DNA of 63,648 nucleotides from Ascoidea asiatica JCM 7603. Lineage: Eukaryota > Fungi > Ascomycota. The stretch covers positions 720,282-783,929 of the forward strand of contig BCKQ01000004.1 of NCBI GenBank assembly GCA_001600695.1. Reading direction: 5' to 3'. Positions 50,982-61,903 of the stretch are shown here, in pieces (positions within the stretch are counted from its first letter, which is position 1; each line of letters opens with the position of its first letter). A program made the position numbers and the translations under genes. The notes under the pieces were generated by a model. The model saw only the letters and a program-made list of their open reading frames with translations. It did no database searches and had not been told where the DNA came from.

Positions 50982-51780
50982 ATGATATTAAAAAAGAAGA
51001 CAAAAACAGCTAAAGAGAAGAACTTTATGGATATCGTTAACAGGTTTTTTTATTCTTGGAAATTCTCTCAAAGCTCTACATTTTTTGGGTTCTTATTATG
51101 CTGATTTTCCATTATCAATCAAAGATATTTCAACTTTGAAAAAAAAAATTTAAATGGTTTTTGATATTGATTTCTTCATTAAATTATGAGTTCTTCTGCT
51201 TAAGTTCATCTAAATTTGAACCAATTTTGATAATATTATATTTAATAGTCTCAATTTTGATATATTCCTTAATTTTATCTACTTATAAAAATAAATTTTT
51301 CGTTCAAATTTTCAATTATTTCCAAAATAAAAAAATTGATATATAAATAAAAAAAAAGTTGATGCTAATTGTCGTGAATGCCAGAATTTTTGGAAATATA
51401 TATGGGTTATAGGAATAGAAACATCAATACCTTCAAACCCTGAAATGTTTGAATGGTTTGAAACAAATAATAGTACTACCACTAATGACAAAACTTCTTT
51501 TACAAATTTTTTATCAATTAATGGATTTCCAATAGGTTTCAAAAGTATTGATAATGAAAAAGATGAACGTGATTCAAATAATATTATTGTTATACCGTCA
51601 ATCGATTCTAATCAACTTTATGAACTTTATATTCAAAATCTAATAATGAATTTACTTTTCTTAAATTCATTTATTTTTGGAATCATTTTATTAATAAAAA
51701 TGAAATTATATATTGCTTTAGTTTCTGACATAGTAATTTTTTTATATACTATTTTTTTAACATCAATTTTCAATCAATAA
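50982..51780 (+). pseudogene. Fragmented putative membrane-protein gene (three or more overlapping frames)
   Basis: Consecutive hydrophobic ORF pieces in shifting frames; junctions near an A10 run (51139-51148) and an (AT)n tract (about 51339-51345). Confidence 0.35.
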
Positions 51781-52899
51781 TTTTATCTTATATTAATATA
51801 TACAGTATATATAGAGTATATATTTTTTTTCAATTAAATTGATGAATATTGCATCTTTGGCAATTATTAATTTTCAATTATAATTTGTTTTGAGGCTGTT
51901 TCATTTGGTGATTTTGTTTGATCAAAATCAATTTCCTCTTAATTTGTTTTTATGTTTTTGTTATTAATTTGTACGTGTTTTAGTTTTACAAATTAATTTT
52001 ATTTTTTTTTTTTTTTACAAATTAGTTTTGTTTGCAAATTAATCTAAATAAGTTGAATATTCTTTATTTATTTTATTTTATTTATTTATATTTTGTTTTG
52101 AATTATCTTAGTTTATTATATATAATTGTTTATTATATTATCTACATTTATTAATATTATTTTATTATTATTACTTTTAATTGATTTATTTTATTAATAA
52201 ATTAATGCTTTATTTAAGATCACGTTTTACATCTAAGTTTTTTTGAAATGCCTGTTTTAGGTCTTGAAGAAGAACATAGCTTATTGTCTGCCACAAATTC
52301 TCTTCATAAATAGATATTTTTCTTCAAATTCCTTTAATTCAAATATTAAATTAAAAATCATTTACTTCGATTGAACTTTTTGTTTGCTGCTATACCGGTA
52401 GTATTGTTTTTAAAGGAGACCCGCATTTCTGGCGCTGTTTCATTTTTTCCTGTTTGAGCAAAAACTCTCAACGTTGAAAAACTTATTTAACTTGTTGTTT
52501 TACTCTTGTTTCTGATTCTCTGAAGTCATTTGATTTGAATTATCATTTTTTATAAATCAATCAATGAGTCTTCAGAAACTATTTTAACTCTGTGAAATAT
52601 GATTTGGATATTTCATGAAAAAAAGCATTAGGTCATATTTTTTTATGCAGTCTTCGCCAAAACAAAAGCTAACAGTTAATTATGGTTAATCAGATATACT
52701 GGAAACTAAATCAAATTCTTCAAACATATATCGATTTCAAGATAAAGGAATCCAATAAATAATGATGCAAAAAAACTCACAGTTGCAATGCTTTTAAGCA
52801 ATCTAATTTCCTACTTTCTTCAATTCTCCTGCTTTTTTTTTGTTTTTTAATTTTGAATCTTTATATATTATATAAACAATTATTCAATAATTTAGAACC

Positions 52900-55219
52900 A
52901 TGGATTCAAATATAATCTCAAATAAAGATAATACAAAGAATGAGCAGAATAATAGTGGAAAACCTCCAAAAAATTATTGGTTAAACAATCTCACATATTA
53001 TCTTGGACAAAAAATCAATAGCCTTTATGATAATTTCTCACCACTCATGAAAGTCAGATCCTCAGTAAATGAAAAAATTCAAATTTCCCATATTTATCAT
53101 AATCCTCATCCTGATACTTTTCAACATCCTTTTCATTCAATTTCCCAATCAAATTCTGTGCCAGTTTCAATAGCATTCTTTGATTCGAAAAATTCTCAAA
53201 AAATCAACAAAAGTTCCAATCATAAAGGAAATTTTAAACCTCTCAACCAGTCCGGATTTATTTTCAGAGATTATACTGGTTCAAGTTTCAGAAATTTGTT
53301 AAGAAAAAATCAAAAAAAAAAATTATATAGACCAAAGCTAAGACAATCATTATTATCCGAAAATTCTTCTTTATTTATTTACTTATGATTCAAATATTTC
53401 AACTTTTCAATTCAAACCTCCTAAAAATATTATCACTATTACAACTCCCGTTGAAGATATTGAAAATCACGTTAGCAATTTCAACAATCTTACACCAACT
53501 AATCAATCCATTGCAATAGATAGTTCCCTTAATTCTATTTCAGATTTTAGTCTTATTTCATATTTTGAATCTATTCAAACTCTTTCATCTCTTCAAACCC
53601 CATTACTTCCGATTATAAATATCAATTCCAAACCGTTTTTGAATTTTTCATCAAATTTAAGTTCAAATATTGATGATGATTCTTTTTTGTATAAAAATAT
53701 AAATAATGATCTAAATTTTAATTCCAATAACAATAATAGTAATGATAATTTGAAGAATATTAATATCACTCCTTCTTGTGATTATTTGATGTTTAATGAT
53801 AAATTTCATCCAATTATCTCCTCCGACTTTCAAAAAAATAAAATATCAAATATTTCTAAGAATATTAATCATAAAACTTTCAATGGTGATGATAATGAGA
53901 ATAATAGTAGTAACGGCATAGAAAAAATCAGTAAAAACAAAATTTACCTATCATCTATAGATCAAAATCAATTAAGGTACTCCAAAAAATTTGATCTCTC
54001 AAAGGGAAAAGAAAAAGAAACCACCAATTTTGAAAGCTTTGAAGTTGAGAACAACCAAAACAATTTTGATGGTCACAAGAATTCAAAAAATGCCACTGAT
54101 AAAGAAGATGTTGAATTCACTTATTTGAATAAAGAAATATTTGATTATTTGATATCTTATCGAAATTCTTTTGAAACAGATTCTGTAAATGAAAATCAAG
54201 AAAGCCACAATAAGCATTCTATTAACTCATCATTAAAAAATGATTCAAATAAAATATTAGAACCACAACCACACCCACAACAACAACAACCAAAAGAAAA
54301 AGAAAGCAGCAGAGAAAAAAACCCATTCGACAACTTTAGCGAAATTATTGGATTTGATTTATATGAAAACAAAAATGTTATTTATCCATCCAATTACCAA
54401 ATATTTAATGACTTCAAAGCCCCGGAATATTTACATTTTGAAAAAAAGAACAATGAAATTCGACAAAATAATGAAACTCAAACTCAAAGTCTAAAATATT
54501 TACACCAAAATTTAATTTTTAATTCTAACAATGTTGAAAGAATTGATAGAAATTGTGACCTAAATAATTTTCAAATATTGTCTGATTTGAATAAAGATTA
54601 CAATGAAAGTATTTTGGATGAAATTACTGTATTTGAAAAACCAATATATTCAGGATTTGAAATCTTTGATGATCATATGAATTCAGAAGGCAATAATATT
54701 AGTGCTGAAACTAGAAAAGATAAAGAAATCAGACTACCTGTAGCATATAAAAATATTTTGAGACCATCAAAGACACTCAACATTGCTGATGAATCAATTT
54801 CATCAATTGAAAATAATAAAGAAATCAATAAAATCAAAAGTTTAAAGAAAAAAAAGTTAACGCAAAATTTGAAATCGGAGAAGAAACAAGAGAGAAAAAA
54901 GGATTATGCAGCACTCAAAAGTTCCAAAACACTTCCAATATTAACTCCAAAAGCAGGAAAGAAAAAACATAATTTTTCTGGCACTCCCAAGAAGATGGCC
55001 AAAACAAAGAAAAAAATGCAAATGGTGAAATTTGGCAAATCTGGAAGCATCTTTGTTAGTAATTCATCTGATGATTCTATCAGAAAGCATGAAACCAGAA
55101 TTAGTACTACTACATCTACTAGTCATAGAAATTTCACATCAAATTCATCAAAGAGTAGTCTTTCTAGCATATCCAATAAATGGTTTAAACTTAAAAACCA
55201 CCTTAAAAATAAAACATAA
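52900..55219 (+). CDS. Orphan low-complexity protein split by a +1 frameshift (ORF 52900-53388 plus second frame open 53342-55219)
   Basis: The track start at 53639 is TTG. That frame is stop-free back to 53342 and overlaps the upstream ATG ORF. Confidence 0.55.
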
Positions 55220-55258
55220 AATAGAAAAAATGAAATAAGTGCAAATAATAATAAGAAT

Positions 55259-56365
55259 TTAAATTCTAATATTACAGCAAGGGTAATTTGGAAATAATTT
55301 TTCCAATAGATTCTTTTTAAAACCTTTATCATATATATTTTCAATTTCATTTAAACTTCCAACCAACATCATGTCCTTCCGTCTTTTTTCTTCATTTTCA
55401 TTTTCTTTTTCTTTTTCATTTTCATTTTCTCTTTCTTCTTGTTCTTTTAGATTTTCATTTACTTTTTCACTTCTCACACTTTTCAATGATCTCCAATAAA
55501 ATTCACATAATGGCCAATATAATTCACTCCTTTTTGTAACTTTATAATAAAATTCTTTTGTTTTATAATTCTTGTATAATTTTTTATCATTTATCAAATG
55601 CTGAATATTTGAGAATTTTTTCAATTCATTTTGATTTATTCCCAAGTATATATTATAATAAATTTGGAATTGGAAAATTATTAAAACCGTGGAAAGAAAG
55701 AACGAAACTATTAATAGAATTCCAGAAATTTTATTTTCATTGTTTGATATTATAGTTCGTATGAAAACTCTAATATTTAATTCTGAAATAGATATATTAT
55801 TATAGGTAAATAGATTTAAAAAATTCAAAACTGAGGATAAGATTAAAGTAATATTGAAATTGAATAAAAATAATAAAAACATTTTAAAATTATAGTAATG
55901 AATACAAGTGTTTAGCCAAAAGCAATGGTGATCATAATTTAAAGAGCATCGATTGCAATAAATACAATGAACAGATCTTGGAATTCCGAAATCAATTTTA
56001 CAAATTGAACAGGAATTCAAACTTTTTATTTGTTTTTTATTATCATTGATACATTTATTATTGCTGTCTTTGATATTGAAGTAGATTAGGTTATCAAAAG
56101 GAAATAAATCCTGATAAAATCTTTGATTTTGAGATATCACTTGGTTGAAATCTTTTGGATTTTTCTGAAAAGATAAGGTAATAAATAAATAATAATTATT
56201 TATTAGTACAATGACAATTGATATATGTAAAAAGTAGTGAATTTTTGAATAGACTCGAGGATAAACTATAAACAAAAAAGAGAAAGTGCAGTAGGAGAAA
56301 ATAACCAAGTAAGCCACTGGCAATATTTTTGAGGCATAATAATAGCTCAACTGAGTCTTATTCAT
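55259..56365 (-). CDS. SWF1: DHHC palmitoyltransferase, Swf1-like
   Basis: CSICK...PRSVHCIYCNRCSLNYDHHCFWLNTCI, TM helices, C-terminal NIYDKGFKKNL. Confidence 0.8.
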   Translation of the reverse strand: MNKTQLSYYYASKILPVAYLVIFSYCTFSFLFIVYPRVYSKIHYFLHISIVIVLINNYYLFITLSFQKNPKDFNQVISQNQRFYQDLFPFDNLIYFNIKDSNNKCINDNKKQIKSLNSCSICKIDFGIPRSVHCIYCNRCSLNYDHHCFWLNTCIHYYNFKMFLLFLFNFNITLILSSVLNFLNLFTYNNISISELNIRVFIRTIISNNENKISGILLIVSFFLSTVLIIFQFQIYYNIYLGINQNELKKFSNIQHLINDKKLYKNYKTKEFYYKVTKRSELYWPLCEFYWRSLKSVRSEKVNENLKEQEERENENEKEKENENEEKRRKDMMLVGSLNEIENIYDKGFKKNLLEKLFPNYPCCNIRI

Positions 56366-56652
56366 TCAAACTCTTTCTTTCTCTTTTATGGTCTTTCCAA
56401 AACCCAATTTCAACTAATTGAGTGAAATGAATAAGATTAATGTTCTTGTCACTGGTAAAAGCATCCCATTCAAATATAAATAACTTTTATTGAAATATGA
56501 ATAATTTTTTTCAGATACCATATGTGTTTTTTTGCTTGAGACCAGATTAAGGGCGCTACTATTCCCGAACGGGTCCTAAGTTCTCCCTGTGCCCCAACAG
56601 TCCTGTGTTTCACCCCATGACATCCCGATTAAAAGTTTCCAGTGCCAAATCC

Positions 56653-56660
56653 TTACCCGG
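56653..56660 (+). promoter_or_regulatory. Reb1 site TTACCCGG in SWF1/PBP1 divergent promoter
   Basis: Exact consensus within a GC-rich island. Confidence 0.6.
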
Positions 56661-57164
56661 AGCCGTGGTTTAAAATGAGTCTGGGAATAAATTTTGTCTT
56701 GAGAAATAGCAGTGCGGTCTGCAGGCAGCGTAGGGTTTACTGGCAGAACGCTGTGAAAACAAACAAAAAACAATAGAAACCACCATTTCGAAATAGAATT
56801 AAGAATAGGATAGATATCATACCAAAGGTATTATTTTGTTTCCAATATATATTTCCAGATATCCTTGATAAGCGATTAAGAGTGAAAACATATCAGATTA
56901 CTTATCGATATACTTATTTTCATTCACCTATTGGTACTGACTTAAGGTAGCAAACAAGAGTTATATACGCTGCTTTTTAGCTCGCTTTATTGCTTTCAAA
57001 CCAACTGTGTCTTCACAAACTTATTAGCTGTACCTGCTTTTAAATTTTTTCCCTTGGTAATGTCTTTATGATAAGGTTAAATAATAGTTATTCAATACTT
57101 ATCTAATTACATTTTCATTCTCATATTTATTTTTGTTTTCTGCTTCTTAAAAAGAACCAAAATA

Positions 57165-60100
57165 ATGAGAACCTTTAATCTGAATCGTAACTCCAATTCA
57201 GGTTCTAATAATAATTCAAATTCAAATCTGAATTCAAATTCTACTTCAAACTCAACCTCTAGTAAGAAATTTTCAACTAACAATACTTCAAATAATAATA
57301 ATAATAATGAGTATCGAAAAACTTCAAAATCAACCTCTAATAATCTGAACTCTGCTTCGAGCTCAAATACAGCAGCAAATCAAAACAATAATAATCGTCG
57401 TACGATCTCTGTTATTAATACTAATAACACTAATTCCAATAATAATAATATTAATAGTACAAGTAATTCAAACTCAAATTCAAATATGACTTTGAATAAT
57501 ATTTCAATTAATTCTTCTTCAAATAATTCCAATAACTCAGATATAAATCTTTCATCTTTGTTTGATTTAAATCCTACTGACTCTAAGATTTTAAATGATC
57601 GTTCTAATTTTTTATATTTTAAAGCTCAAAACTCTTCTGTAATTGCAACTGTAACTTCAGGTGCTCGTTATAAAGGAAAATTAATTACAATTAATCCAAA
57701 AAATAATTTAGATATTATTATCAAAAATCCAATATCTATTGAACCTTTAATTAGTAATAATTTATTAGATAATTCTACTAATTTAGATAATGATTTACCA
57801 GAAATATTAATAATTAAATCCAAAGATTTAATGGATATTAAGTTGCTCAATGTAGATTTTTCAAATAATTCGAATTCTATTAATTCAAAACAAGATTCAA
57901 AACAAGATTCTAAGCAAGAATCTAAGCAGGACACCAAACAAGAATCTAAATCTGAATCTAAATCTGACTCCAAGCAAGATTTCAAACAAGAATTGAAAAA
58001 AGATTTTAAGAAAGAGAACAGTTCATCAAAAGAACATAAAAAGGAATCCCAAAAAGAAATTAAAAAAGAAACCAGAAAAGAGTCTAAACAAGACCAACTT
58101 AAAGATGTAAAAAAAGATGTAAAAAAAGATGTAAACAAAGATTTAAAAAAAGACGGTAAAAAAGAAGTAAAACAAGATATCAAAAAAGATTCCAAACAAG
58201 ACTTAAAACAATCGGTAAAATCTTCCAAAACAAATGAAATTAAAAAACTAGATGACTTAAAGGAAAAATCTCTCACTTCTGTCAATATCGAAGCTAATGA
58301 TTTACCTAATAACTTACAAAACAAAGATAAAAGGGTTGTATCTTCTATAATTAATGATATGCCTTCTACTTTAAAAAGTAAAGAAAGTGCTGTACCAGTT
58401 CCAACTGTTTCTAAATCTAAAAATGTGATTAATACTAAACCAACGAAAATTTCCAAAGCTACTCCTGATGATGATATGCTAGCAAATAGTAAACTTGTTG
58501 AAAAGCTTCAATCTCTGGAAATTAAGCCTACTCCTAAATCCATATCTACTAATACAGCCCAACAAGACATAAAACTTGCAACAAAACTTATACCCAAAAA
58601 AATCAATTCTAATGCTTCTAAAACTTCAGGCAATGAAATCATTAAACTTACTCAAAATAAAAAATCTTCAACAGTCAATAACAATAATAACCCTAATACT
58701 AATACTAAAACTAATAAGTACAATGTTGATTCTAATTCTATCAGTTTCAAAAAGGCTAATTCTTCAAGTAATTCTAAAACTTTCAAAACCGACACTGATA
58801 TCTCAAGAAATAATTTTAAAATTAAAGAGCGTAAACTAGAACAATGGGTTCCATTTAGTATTTCAAATAATTCTAGTACTAATTTTAATAATAATTCTGC
58901 CTTAGATGGTTCCCTAGAAGATTTTGATTTCAATGAAAATTCAAGTAATGCTCAATGGGATCAATTTGCTGTAAATGAAAAAAAATTTGGTATTCGTTCT
59001 TCATTTGATGAAAATTTATATACAACTAAAATCTCAACTAATACTCCAGATTTCAATGAAAGATTAGCAAAAGCTAATCGTATTGCCCAAGAAATTGAAG
59101 GTCAATCTCATGAAAATAATCCTGTAATTGCAGAAGATCGTGGCATATTTTTGGATGTTGATCTTGATGAAGAAGATAAATACTCTGGTGTGGATAGAAG
59201 AGGTGAAGAATTGATGGCAACATTAAAAAGTGGTGAATCATTTGGAAACTCTAAACCTCCCACTAATTTAAAGCCAAGTAAAACTTCAAAATATATACCA
59301 CCAAAACAAAGAGCTGAAATTCATAACTTAGACCCTGCAATTGTCTCAAGTGTCGCAAGCTCCACAGCTCCTAAGGCCAAATCCAGTATTTCTCAGGTTA
59401 AATTTGCAGCAAAATTTTCTTCTTTATCCCCTTTAATTGAAAAATTTGAACATCCAGTTGAAGCAATCCCTTTAAAAAAAGCTCCCTTAAAGAAGAAATT
59501 ATCATTCTCCAAGGATATCAAAGATTATGATCAAAACAAATCAAACGAACAACTTCCTACTCTTACTGAAAAAGTAAGTGATTTAGAAAAAAGATCATTT
59601 TCTAGTAATGAATTACCAAAATCTATTCCTGCAACCCCAGGTGTTATTAGTTCTCTCACTGAAAAAGATAGATCTAATAGCTCTAAAGTTTCAGCAGCCA
59701 CTAGGACTGCAATTCTAAATGATTTGAAAAAAGTTAGACCACTACCAAAATCAGTTGGACATAGAAATTTTAACAATCCTCATGTTCATAGTCATCTAAG
59801 GCATTTTCCAAATGAGTCTCTGAGAATAAATGCACAATCAGAAATAAACTCCTTGAAGGAATTTGCTGCAACTTTTAAAGTTCCTCAAAAATTTCCACCC
59901 GATCTAGTATCTATTTTGACAAAAGATAAAACAAAGCAAGAAGAAATCATCAAAAAACAAATGGCCGTTGGCAAACTTGGAACAGTAGAAAATGCTGGAA
60001 TTCCTTCCTCTACAAATGAGATATCATCTAATATTAAGAGTTTGCCATCTTCAGTTGGCAGATCTGCCACTTCCACAAATAAAATCGATGCCAAAAGTGC

Positions 60101-61376
60101 AACTCTCGTTTCTGCTGCTTCAAAGACCTCGGATGAATCTACACCTATTAAGATTGATGCTAAGTTGCCTGCTAAACCGAAAAGTTCAGATAATTCATCA
60201 CTTAGCAACAATAGTTCCTCAAAGACTTCATCTCCACAGAAATCTACGAATAAATTTTTAAGAAAAACCGAACCAACTAGACAAATAAAACTTAATCCAG
60301 CTGCAGCTTCTTTCACCCCTTCCTCTGTTCATTCCTCTCCTATGAGTACTTTTTCTAGAATGGCCTCACCTTCTCTGCAACACTCAAGTACAGCTAATAA
60401 TCGTACTACCCATTTTTCTAAGCGAACTAATTCATTTGCCCAGCAATATTATGGCACCAAGGTACCTAAAGCAGATGGTACAAAAGAGCCAATTTTGGGA
60501 CAAAATTTCAATTTGTTTTTGCAATCAAGAATAGAACATCCTGATGAAATGTTTTACAATGTCATAGAAAGGCCATATAATACCAAGCCTACTTGGCCAG
60601 AGACTATACCTGAATCATATGTAACTTTATTGCCACCTGATGATGTGATTATTGCAACTCATCAGAACAATTACTCTCCGCACATGATTCTCAAAGATGA
60701 TAGTGGTGATAGTAACAAAGAACTAAATAGTTATGGGCTAAATATCAATACTCCAATAAGTAATGTGGGAAATAGCAATATCAATATTATACCCAACAGC
60801 AGCGATAATTATAGTAATAGTGTGAGTGGTGGTAACACTGCTAATACTAGTAAATCAAACAGTACTGGTAGTAACAATAGTAGAAATGGGTCCAATGGTG
60901 GAAACTCCAATAACAGTAATAATCGTCGTCATACTGAAAATAATATAGCTAATAATATGTCACCCGTGGCATCTCAGCAAATTATGCCAATGATGAGAGG
61001 TGGACCTCCCTTTGAAGGTGCTATGAATGGCGCTCAGTATGGTGGTATTCCTTTTGTTCCAGCAGGTTATGCTTACGGAAGTTTTCCTCCAGCTATGGGA
61101 CCAATGCAATATAATCCTTTGAATATGAGAAATATGCCTCCATATGGAATGGGAATGCCTGGAAATATGCCAAATATGATGGCAATGGATTCTGGGATGA
61201 TGGATTCTAATGGAACATTTATACCAAGAGGTTATCAAATGCCTCATAATGGTTATATGCAAGGGCCAAATATTCCTAATGGGCCAAATGGTTATAATTA
61301 TGGACCAACTATGAGAAATAATAATGGACCTGGGGCATCAATGCCTCCTCAGCCTGGTTATTCCAAATATAGTTGA
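57165..61376 (+). CDS. PBP1: Ataxin-2 orthologue Pbp1 (Lsm, LsmAD, PAM2, Met/Pro/Gly-rich low-complexity tail)
   Basis: VIATVTSGARYKG, FKTDTDIS, WDQFAVNEKKFG..SSFDENLYTT, DEEDKYSGV, KLNPAAASFTP. Confidence 0.93.
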   Translation: MRTFNLNRNSNSGSNNNSNSNLNSNSTSNSTSSKKFSTNNTSNNNNNNEYRKTSKSTSNNLNSASSSNTAANQNNNNRRTISVINTNNTNSNNNNINSTSNSNSNSNMTLNNISINSSSNNSNNSDINLSSLFDLNPTDSKILNDRSNFLYFKAQNSSVIATVTSGARYKGKLITINPKNNLDIIIKNPISIEPLISNNLLDNSTNLDNDLPEILIIKSKDLMDIKLLNVDFSNNSNSINSKQDSKQDSKQESKQDTKQESKSESKSDSKQDFKQELKKDFKKENSSSKEHKKESQKEIKKETRKESKQDQLKDVKKDVKKDVNKDLKKDGKKEVKQDIKKDSKQDLKQSVKSSKTNEIKKLDDLKEKSLTSVNIEANDLPNNLQNKDKRVVSSIINDMPSTLKSKESAVPVPTVSKSKNVINTKPTKISKATPDDDMLANSKLVEKLQSLEIKPTPKSISTNTAQQDIKLATKLIPKKINSNASKTSGNEIIKLTQNKKSSTVNNNNNPNTNTKTNKYNVDSNSISFKKANSSSNSKTFKTDTDISRNNFKIKERKLEQWVPFSISNNSSTNFNNNSALDGSLEDFDFNENSSNAQWDQFAVNEKKFGIRSSFDENLYTTKISTNTPDFNERLAKANRIAQEIEGQSHENNPVIAEDRGIFLDVDLDEEDKYSGVDRRGEELMATLKSGESFGNSKPPTNLKPSKTSKYIPPKQRAEIHNLDPAIVSSVASSTAPKAKSSISQVKFAAKFSSLSPLIEKFEHPVEAIPLKKAPLKKKLSFSKDIKDYDQNKSNEQLPTLTEKVSDLEKRSFSSNELPKSIPATPGVISSLTEKDRSNSSKVSAATRTAILNDLKKVRPLPKSVGHRNFNNPHVHSHLRHFPNESLRINAQSEINSLKEFAATFKVPQKFPPDLVSILTKDKTKQEEIIKKQMAVGKLGTVENAGIPSSTNEISSNIKSLPSSVGRSATSTNKIDAKSATLVSAASKTSDESTPIKIDAKLPAKPKSSDNSSLSNNSSSKTSSPQKSTNKFLRKTEPTRQIKLNPAAASFTPSSVHSSPMSTFSRMASPSLQHSSTANNRTTHFSKRTNSFAQQYYGTKVPKADGTKEPILGQNFNLFLQSRIEHPDEMFYNVIERPYNTKPTWPETIPESYVTLLPPDDVIIATHQNNYSPHMILKDDSGDSNKELNSYGLNINTPISNVGNSNINIIPNSSDNYSNSVSGGNTANTSKSNSTGSNNSRNGSNGGNSNNSNNRRHTENNIANNMSPVASQQIMPMMRGGPPFEGAMNGAQYGGIPFVPAGYAYGSFPPAMGPMQYNPLNMRNMPPYGMGMPGNMPNMMAMDSGMMDSNGTFIPRGYQMPHNGYMQGPNIPNGPNGYNYGPTMRNNNGPGASMPPQPGYSKYS
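57888..58212 (+). repeat. 12-bp-period coding repeat in PBP1 (KQDS/KQES/KKDV tetrapeptides)
   Basis: Seen in the translation and in DNA (aaacaagattca..., aaaaaagatgta...). Confidence 0.8.
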
Positions 61377-61718
61377 TGACTGACTAGTTAATCATTTCAA
61401 AGAAAAATTGAAAAGGCTTATTACTTTTTGAGCAAGCTGAATTTGTACTTTTTTTAGAGAATGTAACGAGTAATGGATTTTGTTTCTTTTTGTAATTGTT
61501 TCTAAAGGCCAGTCTTTGATGTAGTTCCAAAGAGTTATTCTTTTGAAATTTTGAAAAAAAATCAATTTGATTGTTGTAGCTAACTTTTTTTAAAAGGTTA
61601 ATCCCAGTATTTATGGCTGCAGGTCACTTTTAGTTGTAGTCACCGAACACATAAAAGAAAAGTGGTGAAGAAACCCGTATAGTTGGCCCCATAATTAAAC
61701 GTGATTTTGCTAATTTGA

Positions 61719-61724
61719 ACGCGT
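61719..61724. promoter_or_regulatory. MCB element ACGCGT upstream of NSE3
   Basis: Exact MluI box 180 bp upstream of the ATG, consistent with G1/S expression of an SMC-complex gene. Confidence 0.55.
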
Positions 61725-61903
61725 TTGAATAACTCAAGTGAAATTATATTTTTTCAGTTTAAACTCATTTTCGTGTTTTGAATGAAAACATTTACCTGTA
61801 TATTAAACAGAGAAAGCATAATTATGAAACAAGTAGCTCAACTTATGAAATATCTGTTTGCAAATTAAGCATCACTTTCATTGAGATTAATAAGTAAAAA
61901 AAA

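Noticed and set aside
57668-58456. 262-aa antisense ORF inside PBP1 (also 58652-58933, 59531-59776, 59885-60316)
   Set aside because: Mirror of the repetitive sense coding sequence; no independent protein features.
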